From the human T2T-CHM13v2.0 reference genome, Homo sapiens: a stretch of 64,000 bases of DNA. The stretch lies in the NCBI RefSeq assembly GCF_009914755.1, contig NC_060933.1; one strand, written 5' to 3'. The notes below the pieces were generated by a model. The model saw only the letters and a program-made list of their open reading frames with translations, had not been told where the DNA came from and did no database searches. Positions 39,800-57,561 of this stretch are shown piece by piece (within the stretch, counting starts at the first letter, position 1; each line of letters opens with the position of its first letter). A program made the position numbers and the translations under genes.

Positions 39800-39990
39800 C
39801 TGTGTTAGGCAGTTTTACACAGGTTGTTACTGGATTCTCACATTATCCTTGACAAATAGGTAGAATTATGACTACTTTATAGATTAAAATATTGAGGTTC
39901 AGAAAGGGCAAGTGACCAGGCCACAATCACACAACGTTAAAGTAGCAGAGCAATGATTAAAATTGAAGATTGATTCAAAGTCTGGGCTTT
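39800..39990 (-). mobile_element. MIR SINE
   Basis: ctttatagattaaaatattgaggttcagaaagggcaagtgacc.ggccacaatcacaca...gtagcagagc. Confidence 0.65.
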
Positions 39991-40229
39991 TCCCATCCTT
40001 CCAAGTTGTCATGCTGAAAGGGCACTATGGAACACAGAATTCCTGTGCCTGCTAAGAACTCATCCTGGAGGAGACTTCTGCTTGCATGCAGTGCTAATCT
40101 CTCTTATCTATGGATGCTGCTTGGCATTGGTCTGCTGGCACTGCTGCACCCCATATGTCTTGGGATGTCTATATTCAGAACATTTTTCTGGGTATCCTAT
40201 TTTTGATTGGCATGGTATCTAAAGCAGAC

Positions 40230-40390
40230 AGGATGGTGTTGTGAAAATTGAAGGGAGCTTGCTTAAGAGTTAGAAAGTCCAAGATTTAGATTCCAGTTCT
40301 GTCATTTACTAGTTGTGCGATTATGGGAAGTTGCTTTACTTCTCTAAGCTGCATCCTCAAAATGGAAATCCTATTACCTTTGTGGCAGAA
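40230..40390 (+). mobile_element. MIR fragment
   Basis: ttccagttctgtcatttactagttgtgcgattatgggaagttgctttacttctctaagct. Confidence 0.65.
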
Positions 40391-40689
40391 TTTACTTTGT
40401 AGTAAAGTCACGCTTCCTTATTTTCTTTAAGTTAATTTATAATATATCAGATTCTAAGCTCCCTTTTACCTGGCGCATGAAAAAAGTTTTCCTCAGACAT
40501 CATAAGGGCTTCCCCTGTTAGGGTTGCGTAAGACTTATGTGTGGAAGACATACATTTGTGGTATGTGCAAAATGGAGGATGGGATTGGAGGGTTGAGTAA
40601 GGATTCCTGTACCAGCTAGGTATTCATAAAACCACCAGTATGTTCTGTTCTGTGATAAATTGTGGCGGGGGCTGGGGGGAGAGGAGAAG

Positions 40690-41030
40690 AGAGAGAGAAA
40701 AACACAGAGTCAGTCCCTAAAGCTGAGGAGGCAGATAAAGTTACAATCAAGTGTGATGAATATTATTATAGGGGAAGCACATGGGGTAACTATACTAGTC
40801 TGGTGGGGAGGTGGTATCAAGAAAACTTCTTAGAGGAAATATCATTTCAGCCAAAAGCCTGATTACGTCAAAGCAAGGCAGCAGTGAGGAAGAGTGTTTC
40901 AGGCAGAGGGAACAGCATGTGCAAAAGACAAAGTATAGCCCTGTTTCAAGAACTGAAAGAGGTTCATTGAGACTGGCACAGACAGCCAGAGGGAGGGAGG
41001 CATGAGATGGAGCTGGGCAGTTGGGACCAA
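40690..41030 (-). mobile_element. L2 fragment
   Basis: agagtgtttcaggcagagggaacagcatgtgcaaaagac...tcaagaactgaaaga. Confidence 0.75.
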
Positions 41031-41189
41031 ATAGTTTGTCTGGTGTGGTCTTGTTATCAAGGCTCACAGGCTTCCCTTGAAGGATTTACACAACAACCTT
41101 ATCTAAAGGAAACATTTATAAAGCAGAAGGAAAAATGCCCCACATGAGATTAATTGTTATAATTCATGTATATATTTGTTTCTTTAAAA

Positions 41190-41410
41190 TGTTTTTGAAC
41201 ACTTTGTGTCAGACACATTTCTGTAGGAATCATCTCATTTAAACATCACAGTGACTTAATGAAATAAGCACCATTATCATGCTTAATGTATAGAGCAGAA
41301 AGTTAAAGCTTAGTGAGGTCAAGTAACTTGCCCAAGATCATACTGTTCATAAATTATGAAACCCTAATTTAAATCTAGGTATTCTCATTCCAGAGCTCTC
41401 ATTTTTACCT
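41190..41410 (-). mobile_element. MIR SINE
   Basis: atctcatttaaacatcacag...gcttagtgaggtcaagtaacttgcccaagatcatac...attccagagc. Confidence 0.75.
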
Positions 41411-41649
41411 TCAAATTTTCAAATAGCTGATCACATAAGTTGCCTGTTAGCAGAAAGCAGGATCCTAGGAATGTATACAGAAGATAAACATGTTTTGATG
41501 GTGAGAGGAAGCTAGTTTTGGAGAGCTGTATTAGAGAAAAGTGAGTGCCTCTAAAAGGAGCAATTATGATACTGATATGTGTATGTGTGTGTGTGCACGC
41601 ACATATATGTGCCAGGGTGAGGTGAGTGATATAGTAGGTTGAGATCCTC

Positions 41650-41940
41650 AACCAACATTTTTCAAACTGCTCTGCAAAGATTTCTAATCTCACATCTGTT
41701 AAGACATATTTTTATGAAAAAAAGAGGTCTGTAGTCAAGTAAGTCTAGAAGAATCTTGGAGAATAAGATTAAATTTCTTTACCGAAGAATTTATCAGTTC
41801 GTTTAATATACTATGTAATATATGACACTTTAAGAGGGGATTAGCATTTTTCAAAGGTAATTAATACCAGCACCTATTATTATTTGCACATTTATTAAGT
41901 AATAATGCCATGGATAACACAGGTTGAGCATACTGTTCTA
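41650..41940. mobile_element. MER103-like hAT-Charlie element
   Basis: tttttcaaact...gtctgtagtcaagtaagt...tttctttaccgaagaatttatcag..tttaatatacta...aacacaggttgagcatactg. Confidence 0.5.
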
Positions 41941-41998
41941 AACAATCTTTGTAAATTTTATGATTTCACATTAGTGAAATTGATTATAGTAGTTAGTA

Positions 41999-42320
41999 CA
42001 GATGACCTTACATATCTTTAGGTTCCATATCCACAGATTCAACTAACAATGGATTGAAAATATAAAACAATATATATATTACATATATATATACATAAAT
42101 ATATATAACAATAAATATAGTATTACAACAATTTACATAGTATTTACATTGTATTAGGTATTATAAGTAATCTTGAGATGGTTTAAAGTATACAGGAGGA
42201 TGTGCATAGGTTATATGCAAATACTGTACGATTTAAATCAGAGACTTGAACATCTACAGATTTTGCTATGAGGGCAGTGTGTCCTGGAACAAATCCCCTG
42301 CAGATACAGAGGGATGACCG
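41999..42320 (+). mobile_element. MER2 (Tigger/TcMar) MITE
   Basis: tttacattgtattaggtattataagtaatct.gagatg.tttaaagtatacaggaggatgtgcataggttatatgcaaatact; TA on both flanks. Confidence 0.9.
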
Positions 42321-43464
42321 TATAATTCTGTGAATAACTTTTGATAAACATCTTCTAGAGGGATATTTTCTTTGAGACACAGGGATATTTTTGTTGACTT
42401 GTTCATTTTAATAGGAAAGGATCTTTATTACTGCTTTAGGGCAATATTTGTGCCCTTATGCCAATCTGAGCCTAAGGGAAAAGCACTTGCTTCTCCAGAT
42501 ACATTTGAACGGTTGTAGATTAATCAGACCGTCACTATTTTATTACAATGTATTTGCAGAGGTGAATGAATTTGACACAGGAAGGCTCCAAATTAGACTT
42601 TAAATCCAGGATCCAGAACCTCTTGTCCCACAACATAAAGTCTTTTGTGTCAGAAAGGCTTATCCAGGTTGTAAAGTTGAACAGAATGAGGAGTGGAGTG
42701 AAAATCTGGCTTTTCGAATTAGCAACAGCACAGAATGGAAATACAAACAGAACAAGAGGGGAAGGAGAATTTACTGAATTGTAATTTCCTTTTAAAATGT
42801 GTTCGGAGGGGCCTTCACTTTTACCACAATGTTCATCCATTAAGCTTTCTCTTTTTAGCAGTAAGCATTGATTTGTGAAAAGAATGGCTCCTGCTGGAAG
42901 ATGAGAAATTCGTTTAAAAAAGAAAACTCTATGTCTTCTAGTTTATGGTTTCTTTTTTAAAAAAATCAAAAAGAAGAAATTGCCAACTTAATTTTGCGTG
43001 TTTTCACTGGGATTTGTTTTTCAAATTCTTGGACTGTTTCCATTGATAGAAACAATTTCGATGCATATGGTTTGGCAGGGAAATAAGATTTTTTTGATCC
43101 CCAATAATTGTTTTCTTTAATGTTTCAAATTCAAAAACAAAACAAAACAAAAATTCCAAAAGATAAAAACTTGCTAAAGTTTGAATGTTTAACTCTTCTA
43201 AATTCATCCTTAAGAATCATGCCAATGATACGGAAACAACCTTCATATGATTTTCAAATGGATCAGAAGGAAGAACCTTCACCAAGTGGAGTAGAGTGCA
43301 CCTGGTTCCATTTTTTGAGATAGGGGCACAGGTACATCTGTAGATACTTGTTCCCAGTGACTCAGGGTGGCTGTGGTAGGAAGGAGGAAATGCCTTAAAA
43401 GACACATAGTTCTTGTAAAATACAGGTAAAGAGAGCTCCTCAGTCTACCTTGCCTCAATCAAAC

Positions 43465-43590
43465 AGTAATCTTGTGACATAAGTGTTTCCATAATCTCCA
43501 TTTTATAGGTGAGAAAACAGAGGCTCAGAGAGTTAAACTGACTTGTCCAAGTTCACAGATTGGGCAATAGAACTAACACTTAAATCGAAC
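43465..43590 (-). mobile_element. MIR, first piece (resumes at ~49795-49830)
   Basis: ccattttataggtgagaaaacagaggctcagagagttaaactgacttgtccaag...tcgaac | caggtcttctgagtctaaa. Confidence 0.75.
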
Positions 43591-43665
43591 TGTATTAGGG
43601 TTCTCCAGAGAAACAGGACCAATAGAAAGTATATGTATAGAAAGAGATTTAGTACAAGAAATTGG
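43591..43665 (-). mobile_element. MLT2 (B/C-like) ERVL LTR, first piece
   Basis: tgtattagggttctccagagaaacaggaccaatag...gagattt..t..aagaaattgg. Confidence 0.8.
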
Positions 43666-44827
43666 CGAGGTGGCTGGCATGATCCATGGAGAGGAAGGAA
43701 GAGCAGTGTGGTGTGACAGCCCACCTGAGAGCCACACAGGGCAGGGAAGCCCCCACTCCCCAGCCAAGGGAGGCGGTGAGTGAATGTGCTACCCAGCCTG
43801 GGAAACGGTGCTTTTTCCATGGAACTGTGCAACCCATGAATCAGAAGATCCCACTCACGAACCCACATCACCAGGGCCTAGGGTTTCAACCCTGGAGCTG
43901 AGCAGATTCTCAACAGCCTCTCAGCTTCCTGCTTAAGCCTGCTGAGCTCCTGGGGGGAGGGGTGACCAGCACCACAGCTGTGGCTGCCTGCTGTCTAAGC
44001 CTTTTGAGCTCCTTGAGGGAGGGACAGCAGCCAGCTCTGGGACTCTTAACTGCCTAACACAGCTCCCTGGCTGGGGGAAGGGTGGCATCCATCTCCATAG
44101 CTCCAGGCTGTGCTTTTCCCCTGCTGGAGCCAGGGAGGCTGGACGTCTTGGCCCCTAGAGGTGTCCCCCACCATTCAAACACACGGGCTGTGGCAGACTG
44201 CAGGCAGAACATCTCTTCAGGCCTGACCCTGATCCATCCTTTCTCACTGGGTGGGGTTTCCCTGCAGGAACTCCAACAACTTCAGCCAGAGACTCAGGGA
44301 CCCAACCCAGATCTTCCTGAGCCTGAGCCCCTAGTGAGAGGGGTGGCCGCAGTCTCTGCGGACCAGCAGACTTACCCTTTCTTCCTGGTAGTTCTGAGGA
44401 ATCCAGGCAGCCCAGATGAGTGGGTTTCCCCCCAGCAAAGCACACCCCCTCCACCAAGGTGTCATCAAAGTGCTTTGTTAAATGGGTCCTCTTTTCTGTG
44501 CCACCCAACTGGGTGAGACCCTCCAACGGGGGTTGTGAGACACCCTATACAGGAGCGATCCTACTGGCATCAGTTTGGTGCCCCTCAAATTCAGAGATCC
44601 CAAAAGAAGAAGCAGGCACCCATCTTTCTTGTTCTCCAGCCTCCTGAAGTGACATCTCCAGGCACAGGAGGGAACCCCCTGCAAACCATGGCAGCCTTAC
44701 AGAAGAGGGACCTGACGCATTGAAAGAAAAACAAAGTGACAACAATAGCATCAACAATAAAAAAAGTCCCCACAAAACTCCATCCAAGGGTCAGCAGCTT
44801 CAATGATTGAAATGAGACAAACTCAAG

Positions 44828-45590
44828 ATGAGAACGAGTCAATGAAAAAACGCTGAAAACCCAAAAGGCCAGAGTGCCTCTTCCCCTCCAAATGATTGCA
44901 AAGCCTCTCCAGCAAGGACACAGAACTGGATGGAGGATGAGATGAATGAATTGACAGAAGTAGGCTTCAGAAGGTGGGTAATAAAATACTCTCCTGAGCT
45001 AAAGGAGCATGTTCTAACCCAATGCAAAGAACCTAAGACCTTGATAAAGGTTAGAGGAGCTGCTAACTAGAATAACCAGTTTGGAGAGGAACATAAATGA
45101 CCTGATGGAGCTGAAAAACACAGCACGAGAACTTTGTGAAGTATACACAAGTATCAATAGCCAAATCCACCAAGCAGAAGAAAGGATATCAGAGTTTGAA
45201 GACTACCTTGCTGAATTAAGGCATGCAGACAAGATTAGAGGAAAAAGAATAAAAGAAATGAACAAAGCCTCCAAGAAATACGGGACTTCATAAAAAGACC
45301 GAACCTGTAATTGACTGGAGTACCTGAAGGAGATGAGGAGAATGAAAAGAAGCTGGAAAACGCACTTCAGGAGAACTTCCTCAACCTAGCAAGACAGGCC
45401 AACATTCAAATTCGGGAAATACAGAAAACACTGCTAAGATACTTCATGAGAGGATCAACCACAAGACACATAATCATCAGATTCTCCAAGGTCGAAATGA
45501 AGGAAAAAATGTTAAGGGCAGTCAGAAAGAAAGGCCAAGTCACCTACAATGGGAAGCCCATCAGACGAACAGTGGACCTCTCAGCAGAAA
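44828..45590 (+). pseudogene. Disrupted L1 ORF1p, C-terminal domain deleted
   Basis: Fragments ERNINDLMELKNTAREL, NLARQANIQIREIQ, RHIIIRFSKVEMKEKMLRA..KGQVT..GKPIR.TVDLSAE, with stops and frameshifts. Confidence 0.9.
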
Positions 45591-49147
<3,557 letters not shown>

Positions 49148-49342
49148 ACAATGAGAACATATGGACACAGGGAGGGGAACAACACACACCCAGGCATGTT
49201 AGAGGGTGGAGGGACAAGGGGAAAGAACTTAGAGGATGGGTTAATAGGTGCAGCAAACCACAAAGGTACACGTATGCCTTTGTAAAAAATCTACATGTTC
49301 TGCACATGTATCCCGGAACTTAAAAACAAAAAACAAACAAAA

Positions 49343-49794
49343 AAGAAATTGGGTCACATTGTTGTAGAGACTGACAAGGGTCAGGATTTGCAATTGGCAA
49401 GCTGAAGACCCAGGAGGGCCAATGTTTAGTTCTTGTCTGAATCCAAAGGCCTAAGAACCAGGAGAGCTGATGATGTAAGTTCCAGCAGGCTTGAGATCCA
49501 GGAAAAGCCCATGTTTTAGTCCAAGTTCTAAAGTCCAGAAAAAACCAATGTCCTAGCACAATAGCCAGGCAGTGGGAATTTCCTCTGACAAAACCGTTTT
49601 GTTCTCTTTTGGTCTTTAGTTGATTGGATGAGGCCCATTCACATTAGAAAGAGCAATCTGCTTTATTGAGTCTACTGATTCATAAGGTAATCTCATTCAG
49701 AAACATCCTGACAGACAAACCCACAATTCTGTTTGGCTAAATATCTGGGTATCCTACGGCTCAGCTAAGTTGATACATAAAATTAACCACCACA
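49343..49794 (-). mobile_element. MLT2 (B/C-like) LTR, second piece
   Basis: ccaaaggcctaagaaccaggagagctgatgatgtaagttccag...tgattggatgaggccca...aagttgatacataaaattaaccaccaca. Confidence 0.85.
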
Positions 49795-49871
49795 CAGGTC
49801 TTCTGAGTCTAAATTCCAGGTTCTGTTGGTTTAATTACAATATTAAATCCCCTTTCTGAATCCATTTTTGA

Positions 49872-50595
<724 letters not shown>

Positions 50596-51009
50596 CTAGT
50601 GTAAGTGTCCTTAGGGTTCACTGTGGCTTTTGGGACATCTGTACATACCATGAAAACATATGCAAACTTATATATATTTAGCATGTACTTTTTTTTTTTC
50701 TGTGGAGAGTCATGGCTTTCTTCAGATTATGACAGCTTCATGCCTTCCACGGTAGGTGTGGTATCTTGATACCTAATATCAAGCTTCTTCTCTTGTCCCT
50801 TCCTGCACTGTAGAAACTTGATGGTTAGAAACTATCTGTATAGTTATTGTAATGGATATAAATTTAGTTCTCCCAAGTATATGCTTTAGGTTTATAAAGC
50901 TGAAGTGAGGCACGGACCATATTTCTGCTGTTTTGGTTGTTTTCTGCCGGTATAACATTGGATTTTCAATATTACCTTTCCAGGGACCACTCAAGAGCAT
51001 CATGGGTGG

Positions 51010-51330
51010 TAAGAGGCAGTATGGTGGCAGTGGCAATGAAGGCCTTGGTATTGTAATATTAGATCACCATTGCAAGAGTATGTTCATGAAGACCACAGTT
51101 CCAGAAGCAGCCTTCTTATTCCCTACCTTCCTGTTAGAGGTGGGGATAACAGCTCCCTTGATGAATCATTGAATAGTTTTCTAGGAGTCATTTCTGGAGG
51201 CTCAGCCTAGAACCTGTTCCTCCAAACTCTCTAAAATTTTGAAAGGACCTAGTTCCCCATATTGAATCTCATTCACTTAAAATACTAAATCAGGTGTCTG
51301 TTTCTCATAACTGGATCTTGCCGATGCACT
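51010..51330 (+). mobile_element. LTR78-like ancient LTR, 3' part
   Basis: ggagtcatttctggaggctcagcctagaacctgttcctcc...ctgtttctcataactg..tcttgccgatgca. Confidence 0.45.
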
Positions 51331-51599
51331 TCTGAAAAGTTGAGAATTGCTAATTTGCTGGACTGCTGGCCTAATGGGGTTGCTGATTCTTTTTTCATCT
51401 ATCTAGATGGCAAGTTTTCCTGGCTTTCTAACTCAGAGAGCTGTTCAGAAATGTTTGACCTGGAATATTACAGTAAGCTTGTCATTGTAGAGAATTAGAA
51501 AACACCCAGTGCAAAACAGACATTACTTATATAGAACTGTTTACTGGATATGCAAGAAATATTAAAAGGTTAACAGTGAAAAGGGCCTTAGAGACTGTC

Positions 51600-51790
51600 T
51601 AGTCAATTTGTTTTGCAACAGTAGAAATTCATGGAACATTTCGGGTTATCACAATCACTGGGGAGTGCTAGTGGCATTTAGTGTCCAGAGGACATGGGTA
51701 CTAAATACCCTGCCATGTGCTGGACAGACTTACATCATAAACAACTGTTCCTTGCCTGCCAATGTCCATAGCACTCACATTGAAAAATGT
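51600..51790 (+). mobile_element. MER20/MER20B-like MITE
   Basis: ggttatcacaatcactggggagtgctagtggcatttagtg...ctaaataccctgccatgtgc...ccaatgtccatagcac. Confidence 0.55.
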
Positions 51791-54054
51791 CAGCCCAATC
51801 TCCTAATCTCCTTGTTTTCCCAAAGAAGCAAGTTGAGCACAGAACAATGAAACAATTTCCCTAAGGTCATAAAACGCGTAGAGCTAAGACCGAAACCCAA
51901 ATTCTCTGACTCCCAGGGCAGAGGTTTGCACTCACCACAGTAGGAGAGGCTGTCCGATGTCACCAAGTCACCTAGGGAGATAAGAGATAAGCCCAGAAAT
52001 CAAATTAAGAAGAGTTGCTGGGAGCAGGTTGGATAGTCAGTCAATGTGTTGACTATTTTGTTGTTTTGTACATGGGTAGAGTCAGTTTTGATAGCTCAGT
52101 GCCTATGCCATACGAATTATTAAATATTTTATATATTACCTTGAATTAGATAATCTTGTTGAGAAAAGTAAACAGAGAGACACTGGCTTGGCATTTGACT
52201 TTGTTTCCAACATAGTTACTCCATCTTGAGATGTTTATTCCTTAATGCACACAGGATATTTTAAATTATTCCTCCTCACTGTGTTTAAATTGCCAAACAG
52301 CAATCCGCTAGCTACCACATCCCAAAAGGAGACCTCACTTCCAGACTTTTGTAACTCTGCTATGATATGTTCCTTTCTGAGGTGTTAATAGATTAAACTG
52401 GAAAGTTTTGCAAATGTTTCTGAGGCTCTTGAACTGTCCCCATTCTCCTGGTGCAGAACTAATTGTGCAAGGATCAGTGATTAGTTCTTACTTTGGAAAA
52501 GAATATTTCTTGGCTGAGCAGAAAGCAGACTTAATGAGTAAGTTGCTTCTTTCCAGTGTAACATTCAGTCATAATCACCTTTCTCTAATAATTACATTTC
52601 TGACTTTTTTTTGAATTTCATTCTAATCTTGCTATTTACTCATATGAGAAAGAATTAGGATGGAAATTAGAACATATTAAATTAAATGTTGACTTGCCCA
52701 TGTACCTATGGCCCATAGTCCTCTATACCTCCTGTAACAATGTACTGTTTCTTAGCAAGGGCAATGTCTTACTACTATTGCAGCTGCACAAAGTAGGCAT
52801 TCATTCACTTGTTCATACTGTTGACAAATATTTATTGAGCATTTATAATGTGTCAGACACTGTGAAGTACAAGGGATTTATCTAAGGTAATTTTTACAAG
52901 GATATATTCCCCAGCCAAAGTGTCAGTCTATTCAGGGGCATTGTAATTTTATTCCTGGTATTTAACAATGGCCCATTTGTCTTTATTCCACTCCCCATTT
53001 TGTACAATAGGTTCGAGGTAAAGCTGTTGATAATCACCTAGAACAGAGGAGTCTCTAAAGCGGTAAATAAAACCAGATGGTCCTAGCCTACAGGGAGCTT
53101 ATATTCTGGTACTATAACAATGTATACTTTAGTATTAGAGGGGCTGGCAGAAAAGAAAATAAAGAGTTCAGCACAATGTCTGACTCAAGTGAGCACACAA
53201 TAATTTATATTGATCTTAGTTATTAGGTGAGTTTTTGGCAGCTATTTTCCAGTTGACTGTCCATCTCATGCCAGTCTCCTTTTACTCCAGAACCCTGCCA
53301 TTTTCACCCCCAGATTCCTGTACAAAATGGGAAATAGAATAAAGAAATCTAGGCCATTGTAAAATACCAAGAATAAACTGACAGACACCTTGGCTGGAAA
53401 CGTTGCCTTAGATAAATGAGCTAAAATTTCTGTGTTTGTTTCTCCAATCAGGAAATGGAAATCATAACGCATGTCACCTCTTCCTCCTCCTGGAGCTGGG
53501 AGGATTAATGCGGGGGCTAGATTAAAGTTTATTATGCATGTAGGATGTAGACTTTCTCAGTGGATAACACACTATGATGATAGGCTGCTGTCCCCAACAA
53601 TAACACCACAGAAGCCGAACAACAGATAAAATGATGCTGACTTTATGCTCTACTCGAAATTTGATAGGAGGGAAAGTGGGAAGAGTTCATGTACATTAAA
53701 TGGAAAAAAGAAAATTAACTGAAAAAGACTGAGGACCACCCAAGAATTAGAATTAATAAGAAAAATAATGGGGTACATAGAAGGCACTTGAAAAGTAAAG
53801 GATAACGTAGGCAATTTTGTAGAGTATAGTGTAATCATGGCAGCAGAAATTTACTCTACAATGGGAGAGAGATGGCATTGTTTGAGAAAGTCAGGGCTGG
53901 GCCTGGACTAGCAACAACTTAATGAGTTGGGACATCAGTCAGTCTTTCTGGGTTTCATTTTTCTCATGTCAGTACTAACACCTGTCCTGGTCCACAGAAA
54001 TTTTCTTGAAGACTTCTGAGAACAAAAAATAGGTAACAAACATGAAGAGCCTTA

Positions 54055-54430
54055 ATACCAGCTGATTTGTGTCTCTCCTTCCAAAATTCATATATTAAAG
54101 TTCTAACCCCTAGTACTTCAGAATGTGACTTTATTTGACATGGAGTTTTTAAGGAGTAATTCTGCTTAAATGAGGTCATTATGGTGGATTCAATATGACT
54201 GGTGCCCTTATAAAAGAAAATTAGGATACAGACACACTCAGAGGGATGACCATGTGAAGACCCAAGGAAGAGGCCATCTACAAGCCAAGGGGATCGGCCT
54301 CAGAGGAACCACCCCAGCTGACACCTTGATCTTGGACTTGCAGCCTCCAGAATTGTGAGAAAATAAGCTGCTGTTATTTAAGTTGCCCAGCTTGGCACTT
54401 TGTTATGGTAGCCCTAGCAAACAAATTGCA
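54055..54430 (+). mobile_element. MLT1B solo LTR
   Basis: aaaattcatatattaaagttctaacccctagtacttcagaatgtgact...ccatgtgaagac...gacaccttgatcttggactt.cagcctccagaattgtgag...gccctagcaaac. Confidence 0.88.
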
Positions 54431-57111
54431 TTTGACAAGATAAAGGCACTATCCACTTCTTGTAGCTTTCCATGTAGCATTGAACACGTAGTAAATACTC
54501 AATAACTTGAACAGTTATCAATGACACATGGTAGCACTGTTATGCAAGCATAAATTCACCCATGTGGGATGACACAGAAGTAACACGACTGTGACTTTTA
54601 GGAGGTAGAATCTATTCTACTGAATAGAAGGTGAGTGAGAAAGATAAAATGAGGAGGACTAGCAAGTTGATGACTTGGGCAGCTGGGCAGGTGATGGTTC
54701 CATTTGCAGAGATGAGAAGCCTGTGGGTAGAGGAGCAGGACTTGGGGTAATGGTTCGTTCAGTTTTATTTATCCTGAATATAAGGTATGCTCCTCTTTTT
54801 AGACTGATGTTAGTACCTCTTTAAATCTATAATCATTTCAGGTTTTTCATTTACTAAAGCAAAACAATAGATCCAGTAGGACTCTTTTTCACGAGTGATC
54901 TTAGCCAGGTCCTGGCAAGTACATAGCCCCTGACTTGAGCGTACTGCAAAGTCAATGTTCTTACCCTCTAAAGACATTGTCTAAGAAAGTTGGGGAGGCA
55001 AATAGGCAGGAAGGGGAAACAAATATATAAAAAGAGAGTTGGGGACAAATAAATACACTTCCCTAAACGTGTTTAACTTCAAAGAGAAAGCAAGAGGCCA
55101 CAGATGGCAAGGTTAATATATTTGTGAGTGGGGAGATGGTGATTTTTGCTAAAAATATATTTGGTGAGAGAAAGAAAAGATCCCTGCTTCTATCACTCTA
55201 GATTAATTCATAGCCTTTTTATGTCCTTTGGTGGAGTATTCCCATATAAATTGACAGACACCTATCCAAATGACTTCCCTTGGGGGATAAGTGTTTTCTG
55301 GGTCCTCGGTGCCCTCGTAGGAATGACAAACTAGAGGCATGTTTACCAAATACTCTTTAAATCACTGAAGCCTGTTCCAAGGGCTGTGGGAAGGAAATAG
55401 TTAAAGGCTGCTGCCAGGTCCTAGGGGTCCTTCTGGAGATCCCAGTTTTCAGCGAGGTGGAGTTGGCTGCCTTGTTAAGCAAGGAGCAGTCTTACCACTG
55501 CTTTCCTGTTTGTTTCTGGAAGTAACATTAAGGCTTGCAGTGCCAGTTAACAATTACTATTTAATCTGGTCTTCTAGCTAAAATATTTGTCAGTAGCAAC
55601 TGAGAAGGATCAGCTGGTTTTGGAGAGACATTTCCACACCCCCTTCTGAGCCTAGAGAATGTGGATCAGGAGGTCATTAGCATGCAGAAGCCATGGGAGA
55701 ATGCCTTTTATTGCAGACAGCATTTTATCACCCAGAATCGTTGGTGTATATACAAAGGGGCCTTTCAGAAATCTTCCCTGAACATAAGTCCTGGCCTACC
55801 CCAGCCTCTTTGCCCCTCCTTTGCCCCCAGCTGTTGTTTTTCGGATTATCGATTTTGCTGCTTGCTTGTGGTTGCTATTTCAAAAGCACCAAGACTGCTC
55901 TCTGTTTTGTTTTGTTTTTTGTTTTAAGCTGATGGTAACTTTTGAAGTCTATCAGTCTTTGGATAACTTGGTGGCTCCACTGTGAGATAAAAAGAATGTA
56001 TCAGAAAGAAAGCAAGATTTAAAAATATGTATTATCTTCTACTGGCTGTGTTTTCTGCTAAACAAAAGGCATCATATATGCTTCTCTGAGTTTTCAGGGT
56101 GGAGAAGGAATAGGGAAATAAAACTGAGAAAGGGCAGAAAAACCTGCACAGTTCCCCACCTGCCCCCTACCCCACTCCAGGAGAACATGCGCCTCCAACA
56201 CACTCAGATACAGACACACACACGCTCATGTCCCTGCCAAGCCCATGAGAGAAAAGAGCCGCCTCAAGGTTGAGGGCTGAAGGAGCCTTGCCAGTGAGGA
56301 CAGGAAGGTGTTTCCCAGGCTCTCCTGTTTTCTGTGTTTGAGCCATTAACGGTGTTAACCAAGTAAAGCAACCACCAGGCACAGTTGTTTTATTCCAAAT
56401 ACTTGCTGATCCACTCAATTTCTACAGAGCTTTGACAGTTGTTCTGGGCTCATAAAGGACATTGGAATAGATTGTTCTAATTCTGACTGGCACTGGAGTG
56501 TGGAATTCTGACCTCCCCGGAAACGACATTTTTCCAAGAGGAAAGATGGTAAATAGAATATTTCCCTCCTCTTCCCTCCCCTTTATGGCCCATGTTGGCT
56601 GGGCTGAATTGTTTGGAGACCTGTTTCATACTCTGTCTTCCTTTTAAAGAGGCTGCAACGTTACAACTCAATTACCATATGGCAATATTTAGAAATGATC
56701 TGAATAAATGAAAGCAAACAAACACATAAACACACATGCATGTGCACACACACACATACACACACACATACGTTCTAGCTAAAAAGCTAATCTGCTGAAA
56801 ATGGAATTCTAAATTGATAGTTTCTGATTGCCATCCAGGACAAACATGAGGTCAGTAAACCATTATACATTTCTTGGTGCCATTGAAATCTGTCTTAATG
56901 GAATCAGGAATAAATATAAGATATGAAAGATATCATCTTTATTGAACACGCTGAGGGATTAGAATGCTTTATTTTGGGAAAAATGCATGGTCTTCCAAAG
57001 TTGTAAAAACTTAATTTCTTTCTGTAATGGCTCTTGATTTCCTCTTTTTCCTTTAGGACCGCAAAACCAAGAACTAGAATTTGCTTCTGCCTGCTGCTTC
57101 AGCATATCTGT

Positions 57112-57561
57112 TGACAGAGATTTTCCCCTTGTCCAAACTTCAGTTAGGCTCTTCTAAGCCTCATTCTCAACAAGCCTCAACGTGGGCTTCGGTCCTGCCT
57201 CACCCAGTGGTAGCAAGAATCCTGCTAAGTCAGTTTAGGGAGAATCTTGTGCACTTGATATATAGTCATGCTTAATATCTGGTCAAGTCCCTTATCTTCC
57301 ACCATTGATTGGAAAAATCTTTGGGGGCTTTAGCAAGAATCCGGTTAGGTCAGTTTTGCAAGAACCCCCCATCCTTTGATGTCTCCTCATAGTTATTTCC
57401 CACCCAATGACATCCTCACTCTGCCTATAAATTCTCAGCTGCCTTTGCTGTATTGAGAATCGAGTTTAATCTCTCTCCCTATTGCAATACCCCTACTGAA
57501 ATAGTCTTGAATAAAGCCTTACTTACCATTCAACAGTATCAGAATAATTATTTCTTTAATA
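57112..57561 (+). mobile_element. MER31-like ERV1 solo LTR
   Basis: tgacagaga...ccaaactt.ag..aggctc.tct; internal duplicate tagcaagaatcc..taagtcagttt; TATAAA ~57426; AATAAA 57510; flanks ctgt/ctgg. Confidence 0.75.

Noticed and set aside
44082-44842. Stack of overlapping ORFs up to 144 aa
   Set aside because: GC-rich L1 5' UTR has few stop codons; no evidence for an intact ORF0
54535-54549. OCT-SOX-like composite CACTGTTATGCAAGC (also CATTGTTATGCTTTC ~2107)
   Set aside because: Mismatches fall at informative positions; expected by chance in 64 kb of AT-rich DNA
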